Positions 1 through 8,385 of a stretch of DNA of 64,000 nt are shown here, in pieces. The stretch is taken from the NCBI GenBank assembly GCA_964650645.1, contig CAZYUH010000001.1, positions 219,032 to 283,031 of the forward strand, given 5' to 3'. The notes beneath the pieces are model-generated. The model was not told where the DNA came from, did not search any database, and saw only the letters and a program-made list of their open reading frames with translations. Each line of letters starts with the position of its first letter. The stretch's first letter is position 1. The DNA comes from an uncultured Candidatus Saccharibacteria bacterium (GTDB lineage: Bacteria > Patescibacteriota > Minisyncoccia > Phycocordibacterales > SBAW01). A program made the translations under genes and the position numbers.

Positions 1-131
1 AACGCGCCCCCCGCAGACTGTGCCAGGGTATGCGCGCACCATGCGCCGTACCCCACGACCGCGCAGATAATTAGAATCGCGGCGATTACCCCATGAAAGG
101 GACGCTCGCCGAACAAATGCTTATGATTCAT
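1..131 (-). CDS. hypothetical membrane protein, N-terminal part only (gene runs off the window start)
   Basis: Reverse-strand ATG at 129-131 preceded by a GGGAGGGGAG SD-like run. Hand translation is MNHKHLFGERPFHGVIAAILIICAVVGYGAW... with one hydrophobic helix. Absent from the ORF track because it is truncated. Confidence 0.3.
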   Translation of the reverse strand, partial: MNHKHLFGERPFHGVIAAILIICAVVGYGAWCAHTLAQSAGGA

Positions 132-306
132 GCTCCCCTCCCTAGGGAATTGGTGTGCAGGCCACTGCGGCCCACCTATTACCATTATATCACAAGTGGT
201 TAAAAAATGCAAGCCCCTTGAGGGCGCACTGCTGAGCGCCTTATTTTCAAGCCTTTTTCAGCTTTTTGGGGCATACTGAGCATGTAGCAGTAATATATCT
301 CCCACT

Positions 307-900
307 ATGGAATATTCCGCGAAAACGTTCTCCATCCCCCCGCTTGACGGCATCTCGGCCAAATCTATAGAAGAGCACATAGGCCTCTACCAGGGCTACG
401 TCAAGAACTTCAACGCCATCTCCAAGCTCATGCCGGAGTACGCCGGCGACATGGAGAAGCATGGGCTCGCGCTCGCCGAGCTCATCCGCCGCCGCTCGTT
501 TGAGTGGGGCGGCATGCGCCTGCACGAGCTGTACTTCGCCCAGCTTGAGGGCGGCGCGTCGGCGCTTTCTCCCGACAGCGCGCTTTCACAACAGCTCGAA
601 AAGGACTACGCGAACGCCGCGCACCTCGAACCCTACATGAAAGGCATCGGCGCCTTGCGCGGACCGGGCTGGGCGCTCTTGTACTGGGACCCGGAGGCCA
701 AGCAGCTGTTAGCGGGCTTCTCGGGCGAGCAGCACATGGGCCACTTCGCGACGCTCCCCGTCGTGCTCGCTTTAGACGTATGGGAGCACGCGTACCTTTT
801 AGATTACGGCGCTGCGGGCAAGGCCGCGTACATGGACGCATTCTTCAAGAACCTCAACTGGAAGGCGGTCGAGGAGCGCTTCGAAGCGCTGGCTAAGTAA
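307..900 (+). CDS. sod: Fe/Mn superoxide dismutase
   Basis: 197 aa ORF with the DVWEHAYLLDY motif and overall Fe/Mn-SOD family similarity. Confidence 0.9.
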   Translation: MEYSAKTFSIPPLDGISAKSIEEHIGLYQGYVKNFNAISKLMPEYAGDMEKHGLALAELIRRRSFEWGGMRLHELYFAQLEGGASALSPDSALSQQLEKDYANAAHLEPYMKGIGALRGPGWALLYWDPEAKQLLAGFSGEQHMGHFATLPVVLALDVWEHAYLLDYGAAGKAAYMDAFFKNLNWKAVEERFEALAK

Positions 901-2260
901 GCGGCTCGTCGCGCGGCGCGCGGCGCGCCCCGGCGTAGGCCCACAGCGCGAACGCGGTAAGCGGCGCGTAGGCCATGGCCGCCACCCACAGCGGGAACGG
1001 CGCCACTATCGCGGAAGCGACGGGCACCGACGCCGCAAGCTCGCTGATGCCTATGATGAGCCGCAGCATGAGCTGGGCCGCGAACGCGGGAACGAACGCG
1101 AAGAGCGGGTGCAGGAAGCCGAGCACCCCCGCGGCGAACCCGACGAGCATTACCAAGGGAACGACGGGCAGGACGAGCGCGTTGACGGGCAGGGAGAAGA
1201 GCGAGAACGTGCCCGAGGTGTACAGCAGGGCCGGCAGGATGAACAGCTCGACCGCTATAGTCGAGGCGACTATGGAGCGCAGGTTGAAATGCCTCCACGA
1301 CGGCAGGCGGGAGAGCTTCGACTCGATGAAGGGCGCGAGCGTGATGAGCCCGAAGGTCGCCAGGACGCTCAAGATGAAGCCGTTGTCGTAGAAGAGCACG
1401 AGAGGGTTCCACAGCGCCATGAGCGCGGCGGCGACTATGAGCGCGCGCAGGGCCGCGCGCGGCCGGCGCAGGTAGCGCGCGAGTATCGCTATGGCACCCA
1501 TGATGACCGCGCGCACCGTGGCCGCTCCCCCGCCCGCCATGCACGCGAAGAGGACAATGGCCGCGAAGCCCAGCGCGTACAGCCAGCCGCGCGGCAGGCC
1601 GCGCCACAATCCAAGGAGCCTGAACACCGCCTCGGCGATGATGGCGATGTTGCTTCCCGAGAGCACGACGATGTGCACGAGCCCCACGACAACGAACGCG
1701 TGCATGAGCTCGTTGCTGAACCCGCCGCGCTCGCCCAGGAGCATCCCTTCGAGCAGTGACACCTCGGGCTCGTCGATGTTCATTTCAAGCGACGTTTCAA
1801 ACAGGTGCTTGAGCGCGAACAGGGGGCCGAGCAGGGTGAGGCCCGCGGGCTCGCGGGAGCGCAGTTCGGCGCGCTCCATGACGGCCGAGATGCCGCGCAC
1901 GCGCAGGTAGCCGGGATAGTCGAACACGCGGCCGGTGTCGGTCTCGAAGCTCTCGGGCAATTTTACGAGCCCGCGCACCTCCACCCGCTCGCCGTACGCG
2001 AGCTTCGTCTCGCGCGGCAACAGGGCAAGCAGGGTGCCGTGCGGCGCGTCCTGGCCGTTTACCGTCCGCACCGCAACAGGCACGCGCACGGACGTCGCGC
2101 GCACGTCGGGGTCGCCCGCCACGGTTCCCGCCACGACCGCGGTGCGCTCCGCATAGCCCGCAAGCGAGGTGCGCGCCTCGAAGAACTCGAGGACCTGATA
2201 GCGCGCGAACACGAGCGCGGCGAGCGAGAGCGCGATGGCGCAATAGAGCTTGAGGTTCAC
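893..2260 (-). CDS. comEC: ComEC/Rec2-family DNA-uptake channel protein, short form
   Basis: 455 aa polytopic membrane protein with an N-terminal OB-like region followed by a ComEC_Rec2 competence membrane domain. It ends without a C-terminal metallo-beta-lactamase domain. Confidence 0.8.
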   Translation of the reverse strand: MNLKLYCAIALSLAALVFARYQVLEFFEARTSLAGYAERTAVVAGTVAGDPDVRATSVRVPVAVRTVNGQDAPHGTLLALLPRETKLAYGERVEVRGLVKLPESFETDTGRVFDYPGYLRVRGISAVMERAELRSREPAGLTLLGPLFALKHLFETSLEMNIDEPEVSLLEGMLLGERGGFSNELMHAFVVVGLVHIVVLSGSNIAIIAEAVFRLLGLWRGLPRGWLYALGFAAIVLFACMAGGGAATVRAVIMGAIAILARYLRRPRAALRALIVAAALMALWNPLVLFYDNGFILSVLATFGLITLAPFIESKLSRLPSWRHFNLRSIVASTIAVELFILPALLYTSGTFSLFSLPVNALVLPVVPLVMLVGFAAGVLGFLHPLFAFVPAFAAQLMLRLIIGISELAASVPVASAIVAPFPLWVAAMAYAPLTAFALWAYAGARRAPRDEPLT

Positions 2261-2322
2261 CTATTCACAATACCGCCTTACGGGAGGCGCGGGAACGCCT
2301 TTATATGAAAAAGCGCGGGGTG

Positions 2323-5214
2323 CTAGGCGCTCTCCGGCGCGGCGGGCGCCGGGGCAACAGGAGCGGGTTCGGGCTCGGGTTCGGGAGCGGCAGGCGTCTC
2401 GTCGGGAGCCTGCGCGCCGGCATCAGCGGGCGCCTCATCCGCATCCGCGTCGGCAGGGGTATCTGCGGGCGTTTCATCGGTGCCGGTATCGGCAGGCGCG
2501 TCCGCGGACGCTTCCGCATCAGCGTCGGGAACATCATCGCCGGTCCCGGAAGCCGGGGCCTCGCTTGTCCCAGGCACGGGCGGCGGAGTCGAGCCGCGCA
2601 TGCCCTGGCCGGAAAGCAGCTGCTGGAGCTCGTCGCCGGTCACGCATACGGGGGCGCCGGCGGATGTCTTGATACAGAGCTGGTCGGTCGTCACCTGCCT
2701 GCTCGTAAAGCTGTCCGCGAACCCGGCCACCGCCGCGGCGAGCGCGTCAATCTTGGAAGAGAGCGCTTGCACGGCCTTTATGATGGGCGCGATGAAGCCG
2801 ATGTAGTTGACGCCGAGCGTGCCGCCCGGAGTGAGCGCCGTGGGCGACGTGGTGGAGACGAGCGCCGGGAAGAGCTTCTGCACGTCCTGCGCGATGAAGC
2901 CTAGCTGCGGGCCGTCCTTCAGGCGGTCCTTCCACGCGAACGTGACGGGATCGAGGCGGTCTATGAGCGCGAGGGTGGACGAGGCGTCAAGCGACTCGAT
3001 ATCGGTCTTGAGCCGCTTGTCGGAGCTCTGGGTGAGCGTGCCGGAGAGCTGTGCATTGCCGCCGTTGAAGACCGCGAACACGGTGCTTGAGGCGCTGTTC
3101 ACTACGCTGAACGAAAGCGTCGAGGAGGCGGCGTCAGCGCCCCACACCGAGAGCCTTGCGTAGCCGGTGGTGGTGCCGACCGCGACGCGGTTGTTATCGA
3201 TGGTAACGGAGCCTCCGCCGCCGTTGAGCGTCAAAGACGACGACCCGAGGGTCGCGGTCGCGGTCGCGCTGCCGTCGGGACTGGTCTGTATGGTGACTGC
3301 GGGCGCAACCGAGTAATTGCCTGGCGAAATTATGGTGAAGGTGTTGACGAAATAGCGCGCGGACGAGAGCGTTGCGCCCGAGCCGGTGCCGCCCGTCAGC
3401 GTTATGGGCCCGAAGTTCGGCGAGGAGCACAGGCCTCCCGCGTTGCCGGTGGTGCCCGTTATGGCGCCGCCGCTGACCGACGTGACGCGGATTTGCGGCT
3501 GCGTGGAGCAGGTCCCTCCGGCGAGAGTGAGGACGTCGTTGACGCTGTAGCCCGTGCCGGCCGAACCGATAGTCCACTGCGAGAGCTTCATGGTGGCGAC
3601 CGCGGCGGACGCCTGCGACCCGCCTGAGGGCGGCGCGGCGATGTTCACGGTCGGGATGAACGAGTAGCTTCCCGTGGAGCCGACCGCGAGCGACGCCACG
3701 CCGCCCATCGCGCCGATGCTCGGGGTCGTCACCGACGAGGCGAACGCGCCGCCCAGCCCGTTGACGGAGAAGCCGGGCGAAGAGAACGGCTTGGAGGTGG
3801 AGGCCCATGTCCAGTTGTCCGAGAGGTCGATGCCGATGCCGCCGATGCAGCCGGTGTTGTACGAGTCCGCCACGCAGCCCAGTATCGTGGTGCTGGCGTT
3901 CGTCACGTTCTGCCCGCCGTCGGTCTTCCCGAGCTGGAATATGTGCTTCCACGGCGTGGTACCCACGAACGCCTCCGCAGCGTCGTCATAAATGCCCTGC
4001 ACGCCCTTTTTGGAGTGGAGGATGCCGAACGTGTGCCCCGAGCTGCTGCCCTCGTCGGCGCGCACGTCCACCTCTATGGGGTTGAGCGTGTACCAGTTCG
4101 TGGCATTGGGCCCGAGCTGGGCTATGGGATTGAAGGCGTTGCACGTTCCCGCCACGTTCGTGAAGCCCTCCGTGCCGTTGTCGTTGAAGCCGCAGTACAC
4201 GTAATCGGCGATGCCCACGTAGTACTGCCTGCCGTTGCCGGTGTTGCTCGTGGTGCCCTGCATGATCATGGAAATGTCGAGGCCGGCGCGCGACCCGGTC
4301 ATCCCGGCCCCGCCCCAGTTGCCGTCTATATGGACGACGCTGCCGTAATTGTCGCCCTGGTAGTCCAGGGTATCCGCGCTGCGGGTGAAGGAGACGCCGG
4401 CCAGGTGGTTGAACCCCGCGCCGCCGCTTCCCGAGAACCAGGTGACGATATTCGCCAGGTCCTTCGCGCCGTTCGCGAGCCCGGCGCTCATGGACAGCGT
4501 GCCGGCCTTCAAGCTCGTCGCGTACAGATTCGTCGAGGTGGCGTTCGTGGCGAAAAGCCGCGTACTCGTCGCGCTTGCCGCAAAGAAGTTCGTGCTCGTC
4601 GCGCTGGCGAATATGTTGCCGCCGGTGAAGGTGTGGTCCGCCGCCAAGTCGAAGGAAGAGCCGCTCGCTATCCCGAGGCTCGACGTGGACACGAGGGCGT
4701 AGCCGCCCGCGCCGTCGCCCATGAGGAGCTGCCCGTAAGCGGGAGCGGACGAGACGCCGGTGCCGCCCTGGGATACGCCGAGCAGCCCGGTCGCCGCGGC
4801 GAGGTCGGCGCCGGAGGAGTTGCTGGCGCGCGCGATGGAGCGGTGTATGGCGTCTATCTGGGCGCTGTACTGCGATTCGCTCAGCGCGGCAGGCGCGGCG
4901 GCAGGCGAGACATCGCCCGTCGCGGTTACCGCGAGCACCGAAGAAACGAGCACGGCGACGTCTTGGCGCAAGGCAAAGAGGCGCTGGTCGAGCTCATCCT
5001 GGCTGACAGGGCCGGTTGAAGCGCCGAGCACCGCTCCGGGCGCGGACGCCTCCGGGACGGCCTCGAAAGCAGCCGCTTGGGCGGCCGCCTGTACAGGCGC
5101 CGGAACCGGAGCGGCCGGCGCGGAATGGACAGGGACCATGACCGACGCGAAAGCGACAGCCGAAGTAATAAGGCCTGCGACTTTGATACTGAGAGAATGG
5201 AGCAGTTCGTGCAT
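2323..5214 (-). CDS. giant secreted fibre-like protein 1 with C-terminal Peptidase_S74 (endosialidase-type intramolecular chaperone) domain and acidic tail
   Basis: 963 aa with a signal peptide and a conserved N-module (DELDQRLFALRQDVA...SESQYSAQIDAIHRSI). The middle is Gly/Ser/Thr/Asn-rich and repetitive. The C-terminus has SSDKRLKTDIESL...GFIAQDVQKLFPALV...IGFIAPIIKAVQAL, typical of the S74 chaperone domain, then an 88-aa Asp/Pro/Ala/Glu-rich tail. Confidence 0.85.
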   Translation of the reverse strand: MHELLHSLSIKVAGLITSAVAFASVMVPVHSAPAAPVPAPVQAAAQAAAFEAVPEASAPGAVLGASTGPVSQDELDQRLFALRQDVAVLVSSVLAVTATGDVSPAAAPAALSESQYSAQIDAIHRSIARASNSSGADLAAATGLLGVSQGGTGVSSAPAYGQLLMGDGAGGYALVSTSSLGIASGSSFDLAADHTFTGGNIFASATSTNFFAASATSTRLFATNATSTNLYATSLKAGTLSMSAGLANGAKDLANIVTWFSGSGGAGFNHLAGVSFTRSADTLDYQGDNYGSVVHIDGNWGGAGMTGSRAGLDISMIMQGTTSNTGNGRQYYVGIADYVYCGFNDNGTEGFTNVAGTCNAFNPIAQLGPNATNWYTLNPIEVDVRADEGSSSGHTFGILHSKKGVQGIYDDAAEAFVGTTPWKHIFQLGKTDGGQNVTNASTTILGCVADSYNTGCIGGIGIDLSDNWTWASTSKPFSSPGFSVNGLGGAFASSVTTPSIGAMGGVASLAVGSTGSYSFIPTVNIAAPPSGGSQASAAVATMKLSQWTIGSAGTGYSVNDVLTLAGGTCSTQPQIRVTSVSGGAITGTTGNAGGLCSSPNFGPITLTGGTGSGATLSSARYFVNTFTIISPGNYSVAPAVTIQTSPDGSATATATLGSSSLTLNGGGGSVTIDNNRVAVGTTTGYARLSVWGADAASSTLSFSVVNSASSTVFAVFNGGNAQLSGTLTQSSDKRLKTDIESLDASSTLALIDRLDPVTFAWKDRLKDGPQLGFIAQDVQKLFPALVSTTSPTALTPGGTLGVNYIGFIAPIIKAVQALSSKIDALAAAVAGFADSFTSRQVTTDQLCIKTSAGAPVCVTGDELQQLLSGQGMRGSTPPPVPGTSEAPASGTGDDVPDADAEASADAPADTGTDETPADTPADADADEAPADAGAQAPDETPAAPEPEPEPAPVAPAPAAPESA
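2585..3165 (-). repeat. about 580-bp segment highly similar at DNA level to 17620-18265 (shared 3' coding block of the two giant genes; e.g. an identical 49-mer TTTTATGATGGGCGCGATGAAGCCGATGTAGTTGACGCCGAGCGTGCCG)
   Basis: Direct comparison of the two regions. The antisense ORFs in the track (2807-3163 vs 17824-18264) are also near-identical. Confidence 0.7.
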
Positions 5215-5221
5215 ACGGCAA

Positions 5222-5249
5222 AGGGCAGGGCCACGAGTGGCCCTGCCCT
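5222..5249. promoter_or_regulatory. perfect 28-nt palindrome (AGGGCAGGGCCAC..GTGGCCCTGCCCT) 7 nt upstream of the ATG of giant gene 1; a -10-like TATACT lies at 5260-5265 on the minus strand
   Basis: Read directly. Same architecture as upstream of giant gene 2 (22542-22569) and a related palindrome at 25679-25700. Confidence 0.6.
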
Positions 5250-5311
5250 GTTACCTGCTAGTATATGCCCTTCATGCGCGCGCAACCGCGGGCGTGGGGA
5301 TAACGCGCGAC

Positions 5312-6022
5312 CTACCGCGGCGACGAGAATTGCGCCACGATGGCCGCTTCGTCCGCCGGACTGATGGCCTTCTTGAACCGCGCGCGGCGGCCGCGCACAC
5401 GCGCCTCGCATTCGCGCCAGCTCTTGTGCACCAGCACTACGCCGCCCACCTCGCTTATATAAGAGAACGCCTTGGTCGTTGAGCGCGATTTGCCCGATGA
5501 CTTCCTCTCCTTAAGCACCGTGTCATGGGCGAGGTTGGCTATGTCCACCTCGTACTCCTCTATGGGGCCCTTGTAGAGCCTGACCGCATTGCCGAGCGCG
5601 TACTCGGAAGCAATGGTGTCCACGCGCTCGTTGCCCGCGATGCCGACATGCCCGCCCACGTACTCCCACGCGACCTGCTGGCCACTCGCGGCTTCTACCA
5701 GGTCGCTCCACAGGTCCTTATTCAAAACATCCTTCTTCTCCTTGGTCTGCCAGCCGTTCTTCTGCCAGCCGTGCACCCATTTGGTGATGCCGTTTATGAC
5801 GTAGGAAGAGTCGGTGCGCAGGATGCGCGGGCCGGGCGGGAGGCTCTTGGCGTGCTGAAGGCCCCTCAGCGCGGCCATGAGCTCCATGCGGTTATTGGTG
5901 GTGTGCCCCTCGGCCCCGCCGAGCTCCACCACTTTCCCATTCCCCGCGACAACGGCGCCCCAGCCCCCCTTCCCCGGGTTGCCCTTGGACGCGCCGTCGG
6001 TAAACAAAAGGATTTCCTGCAT
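5312..6022 (-). CDS. rnhA: ribonuclease HI with C-terminal hybrid-binding (caulimovirus viroplasmin-like) domain
   Basis: N-terminal LLFTDGASKGNPGKGGWGAVV...TNNRMEL is an RNase H fold. The C-terminal about 70 aa (KAFSYISEVGGVVLVHKSWRECEARVRGRRARFKKAISPADEAA) matches the HBD/Cauli_VI pattern. Confidence 0.8.
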   Translation of the reverse strand: MQEILLFTDGASKGNPGKGGWGAVVAGNGKVVELGGAEGHTTNNRMELMAALRGLQHAKSLPPGPRILRTDSSYVINGITKWVHGWQKNGWQTKEKKDVLNKDLWSDLVEAASGQQVAWEYVGGHVGIAGNERVDTIASEYALGNAVRLYKGPIEEYEVDIANLAHDTVLKERKSSGKSRSTTKAFSYISEVGGVVLVHKSWRECEARVRGRRARFKKAISPADEAAIVAQFSSPR

Positions 6023-6038
6023 AGGTGGAGTATAGCAA

Positions 6039-7703
6039 CTATAGAATATCGACGATGCGCACGCGCGGCGAGCCGCGCCAGTCGCGCTCGACGTGGCCCA
6101 CGACGTCTACCCTATCGCCCGTTGCGGCTTTTTTAGTGAACGACTCGGGCGTGGAGAAAAACGCGATGCCGTCCACGCGGGTGAACTCGTCCGCCAGGGA
6201 TACCTGCAGGTGGTTCTTCTGCTTGCCGAAGGTCTTTAAAGAGCCGACCGTCGCGTTGGGGAATATGAACAAGGGCTTCTGGTTGCCGATGCCGAAGGGT
6301 GCGAGCCGGTCGAGGTGGCCGAGCGTGCGCAGCAGCTCGGAGAGGTCGAGCTCGCGATCCACGACAACCTCTTTCGCGGAAGCGCCCTCTTTTTCCATCG
6401 CTTGGTACGCCCTGCTGAGCGCGCCGGGAAGCTCGTGCGCGCGCGACTCCTCAAGCGCGAACCCGCCCGACGCGGCGTGCCCGCCGCAGTGGTCGAACAC
6501 GCCCGCAGCGGCCTGCGCCGCATGCATCAGCTCGACGACGTTCGCAACGCCGTCCGAGCGGCAGCTGCCGCGCAGAAGCTCGCCGCCCTCGCGGCCCCAG
6601 ACGAACGCGGGCTTGCGGTGCGCCTCCACGAGCGAGTTGGCGACGAGCCCCAGTATCCCGGGCCGCCACGACGGGCTCCCTATGACGATGACTGGGCTTT
6701 CAGCCCCGCCGAGCGCGAGTCGCTTGTTGGCTTCCTTTACGGTCGTAGCAACGAGCGCCTTTCGCTCGTCGTTAATCTTGTTGCGCGCGCGCGCGAGCGC
6801 GCCCGCTTCCTCGGAGCTTTCCGTCGCAAGCAGCCGGGCCGCGGCCTCAGGGCTGTCCATGCGCGACGCGGCATTGATGCGCGGAGACACCATGAAGCCG
6901 ATGTCGTCCTCGGTGAGCGTGCGGGGCTGTATGCGCAAAAGCTTCAAGAGCGCCGCGAGCCCCGGCCTGCGCCCGCGGCGCATCACCCGCAGGCCGAACG
7001 CGCCCAGCATGCGGTTCTCTCCCACCAGGGGCACCATATCCGAAAGCGTGCCGATGCCCACCAAATCGAGGTACCATTTCTCCCTTCCTTCCGCGAATGT
7101 CTCCGGGCGGTATCTCGACAGCACGCCCTGCACCAGCTTCCACGCGACGCCCGCGCCGCACAGGCCGTCGAACGGGTACCTGCTCGCCTTGAGCTTAGGG
7201 TTGATGATCGCGAGCGCGTCGGGCAGGACGGCCGGCTCGAGGTGGTGGTCGGTGACGATGACGTCCATGCCGCGGGAATTCGCGTACGCTATCTGCTCTA
7301 CTTCAGTAGTGCCCAAATCGCAGGTAATAACGAGCTTGGTGCCCGCGGACGCCAGCTCCTCCAGTCCTTCTATATTGAGCCCGTAGCCCTCCTTGTGGCG
7401 GTGCGGGATGTAGTGGCGCACTGAAAGCCCCATCTCGCGCAGGAAGCCTGCGAGCATGACGCCGCCCGGCACGCCGTCGGCGTCGTAGTCGCTCCACACG
7501 CACACCGGCTCACTGCCCTTTATGGCAGCGATGATGCGCCCGACCGCCGCTTCCATGCCCGGCAATAAGAACGGGTCGTGGCTGTGCGCTACATAGTCGG
7601 GCTCCAGGAAGTCGGCGAAGCCCTCGGGCGCCACGCCGCGCGCGAGCATGAGGTGCTCGAGGAGGTTGTCGTGCAGCCGCTCCCGTACCACGTACTCTTT
7701 CAT
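6039..7703 (-). CDS. recJ: single-stranded-DNA-specific exonuclease RecJ
   Basis: 554 aa with DHH and DHHA1 motifs (VITDHH...). Confidence 0.85.
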   Translation of the reverse strand: MKEYVVRERLHDNLLEHLMLARGVAPEGFADFLEPDYVAHSHDPFLLPGMEAAVGRIIAAIKGSEPVCVWSDYDADGVPGGVMLAGFLREMGLSVRHYIPHRHKEGYGLNIEGLEELASAGTKLVITCDLGTTEVEQIAYANSRGMDVIVTDHHLEPAVLPDALAIINPKLKASRYPFDGLCGAGVAWKLVQGVLSRYRPETFAEGREKWYLDLVGIGTLSDMVPLVGENRMLGAFGLRVMRRGRRPGLAALLKLLRIQPRTLTEDDIGFMVSPRINAASRMDSPEAAARLLATESSEEAGALARARNKINDERKALVATTVKEANKRLALGGAESPVIVIGSPSWRPGILGLVANSLVEAHRKPAFVWGREGGELLRGSCRSDGVANVVELMHAAQAAAGVFDHCGGHAASGGFALEESRAHELPGALSRAYQAMEKEGASAKEVVVDRELDLSELLRTLGHLDRLAPFGIGNQKPLFIFPNATVGSLKTFGKQKNHLQVSLADEFTRVDGIAFFSTPESFTKKAATGDRVDVVGHVERDWRGSPRVRIVDIL

Positions 7704-7726
7704 GAGTATTTAGTATACTTAGGCGC

Positions 7727-8056
7727 ATGGACGACTGCATCTTTTGCAAGATAGCCAAAGGCGAAATCCCTTCGCAGAAGGTATATGAGGACGACACGGT
7801 GGTCGCGTTCCTCGATATACACCCTAAAGCGCCGGGCCACACGCTGCTTATACCCCGCGCGCACTACCATTGGTTTACCGACATGCCCGACGAGCTTTCA
7901 GACAAGGTGTTCCGCGCCGCGAAGCGCGTTGCCTTGGAGCTTAAGGAAAAGCACGACGCCGACTTCGTGCGCCTGGGGCTGGTGGGCACCGACGTGCCGC
8001 ACGTGCACGTGCACCTCATCCCGCAGAAGATGCACCAGACAGAGCCGCAGATATGA
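7727..8056 (+). CDS. HIT-family nucleotide hydrolase
   Basis: HVHVHLIP histidine-triad motif. The N-terminal CIFCKIAKGEIP is typical of HINT proteins. Confidence 0.85.
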   Translation: MDDCIFCKIAKGEIPSQKVYEDDTVVAFLDIHPKAPGHTLLIPRAHYHWFTDMPDELSDKVFRAAKRVALELKEKHDADFVRLGLVGTDVPHVHVHLIPQKMHQTEPQI

Positions 8057-8125
8057 AAAAACAGCCAGCCGCGGCCCGAAGGGGCCGCGGCTTTCGCGTT
8101 GCGGACGTCTTTTGCGGATTTCCGC

Positions 8126-8344
8126 CTAGCGCACCAAGTACACCACCGCCGCGGCAAGCACGATTACCAGCGCGACTGCGATTATATTCAGCCCTTGAGA
8201 ATCGTACAAGCGGTTCCCGGCGTTCCCGTCCTTGCGGAACGGGACAGGGTTCTTGTCCCACTCCCCGGTGTTCGGCTCGACGCGGGTATTGTCGTTCGCG
8301 CCGCGAATCCGGTAGTCGTGGCTCAGCTGCTTGCATCCCGGCAT
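8126..8344 (-). CDS. small C-terminally membrane-anchored protein (72 aa)
   Basis: A strong SD (AAAGGGAGGAAG) sits 2 nt before the ATG. The C-terminal hydrophobic helix is LNIIAVALVIVLAAAVVYLV. It lies downstream of pgk on the same strand. Confidence 0.4.
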   Translation of the reverse strand: MPGCKQLSHDYRIRGANDNTRVEPNTGEWDKNPVPFRKDGNAGNRLYDSQGLNIIAVALVIVLAAAVVYLVR

Positions 8345-8385
8345 TGCTTCCTCCCTTTACTGGGCTCTCTGCCGTAACTATATAC

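Noticed and set aside
975-2308. Antisense/alternative-frame ORFs over comEC (975-1391, 1109-1759, 1491-1910, 1805-2308).
   Set aside because: Same GC artefact. They are Arg/Glu-rich and low-complexity.
2305-5482. Many long ORFs on the strand opposite to, or out of frame with, giant gene 1 (for example 3194-3952, 3943-5019, 4760-5482, 2305-2904), and likewise inside giant gene 2 (17706-18764, 18034-18738, 19170-19562, 20046-20678, 20587-21381).
   Set aside because: High-GC sequence lacks stop codons in alternative frames. The products are Arg/Gly/Ala/Pro-rich low-complexity strings with no start context. The in-frame giant ORFs have clear domain content.
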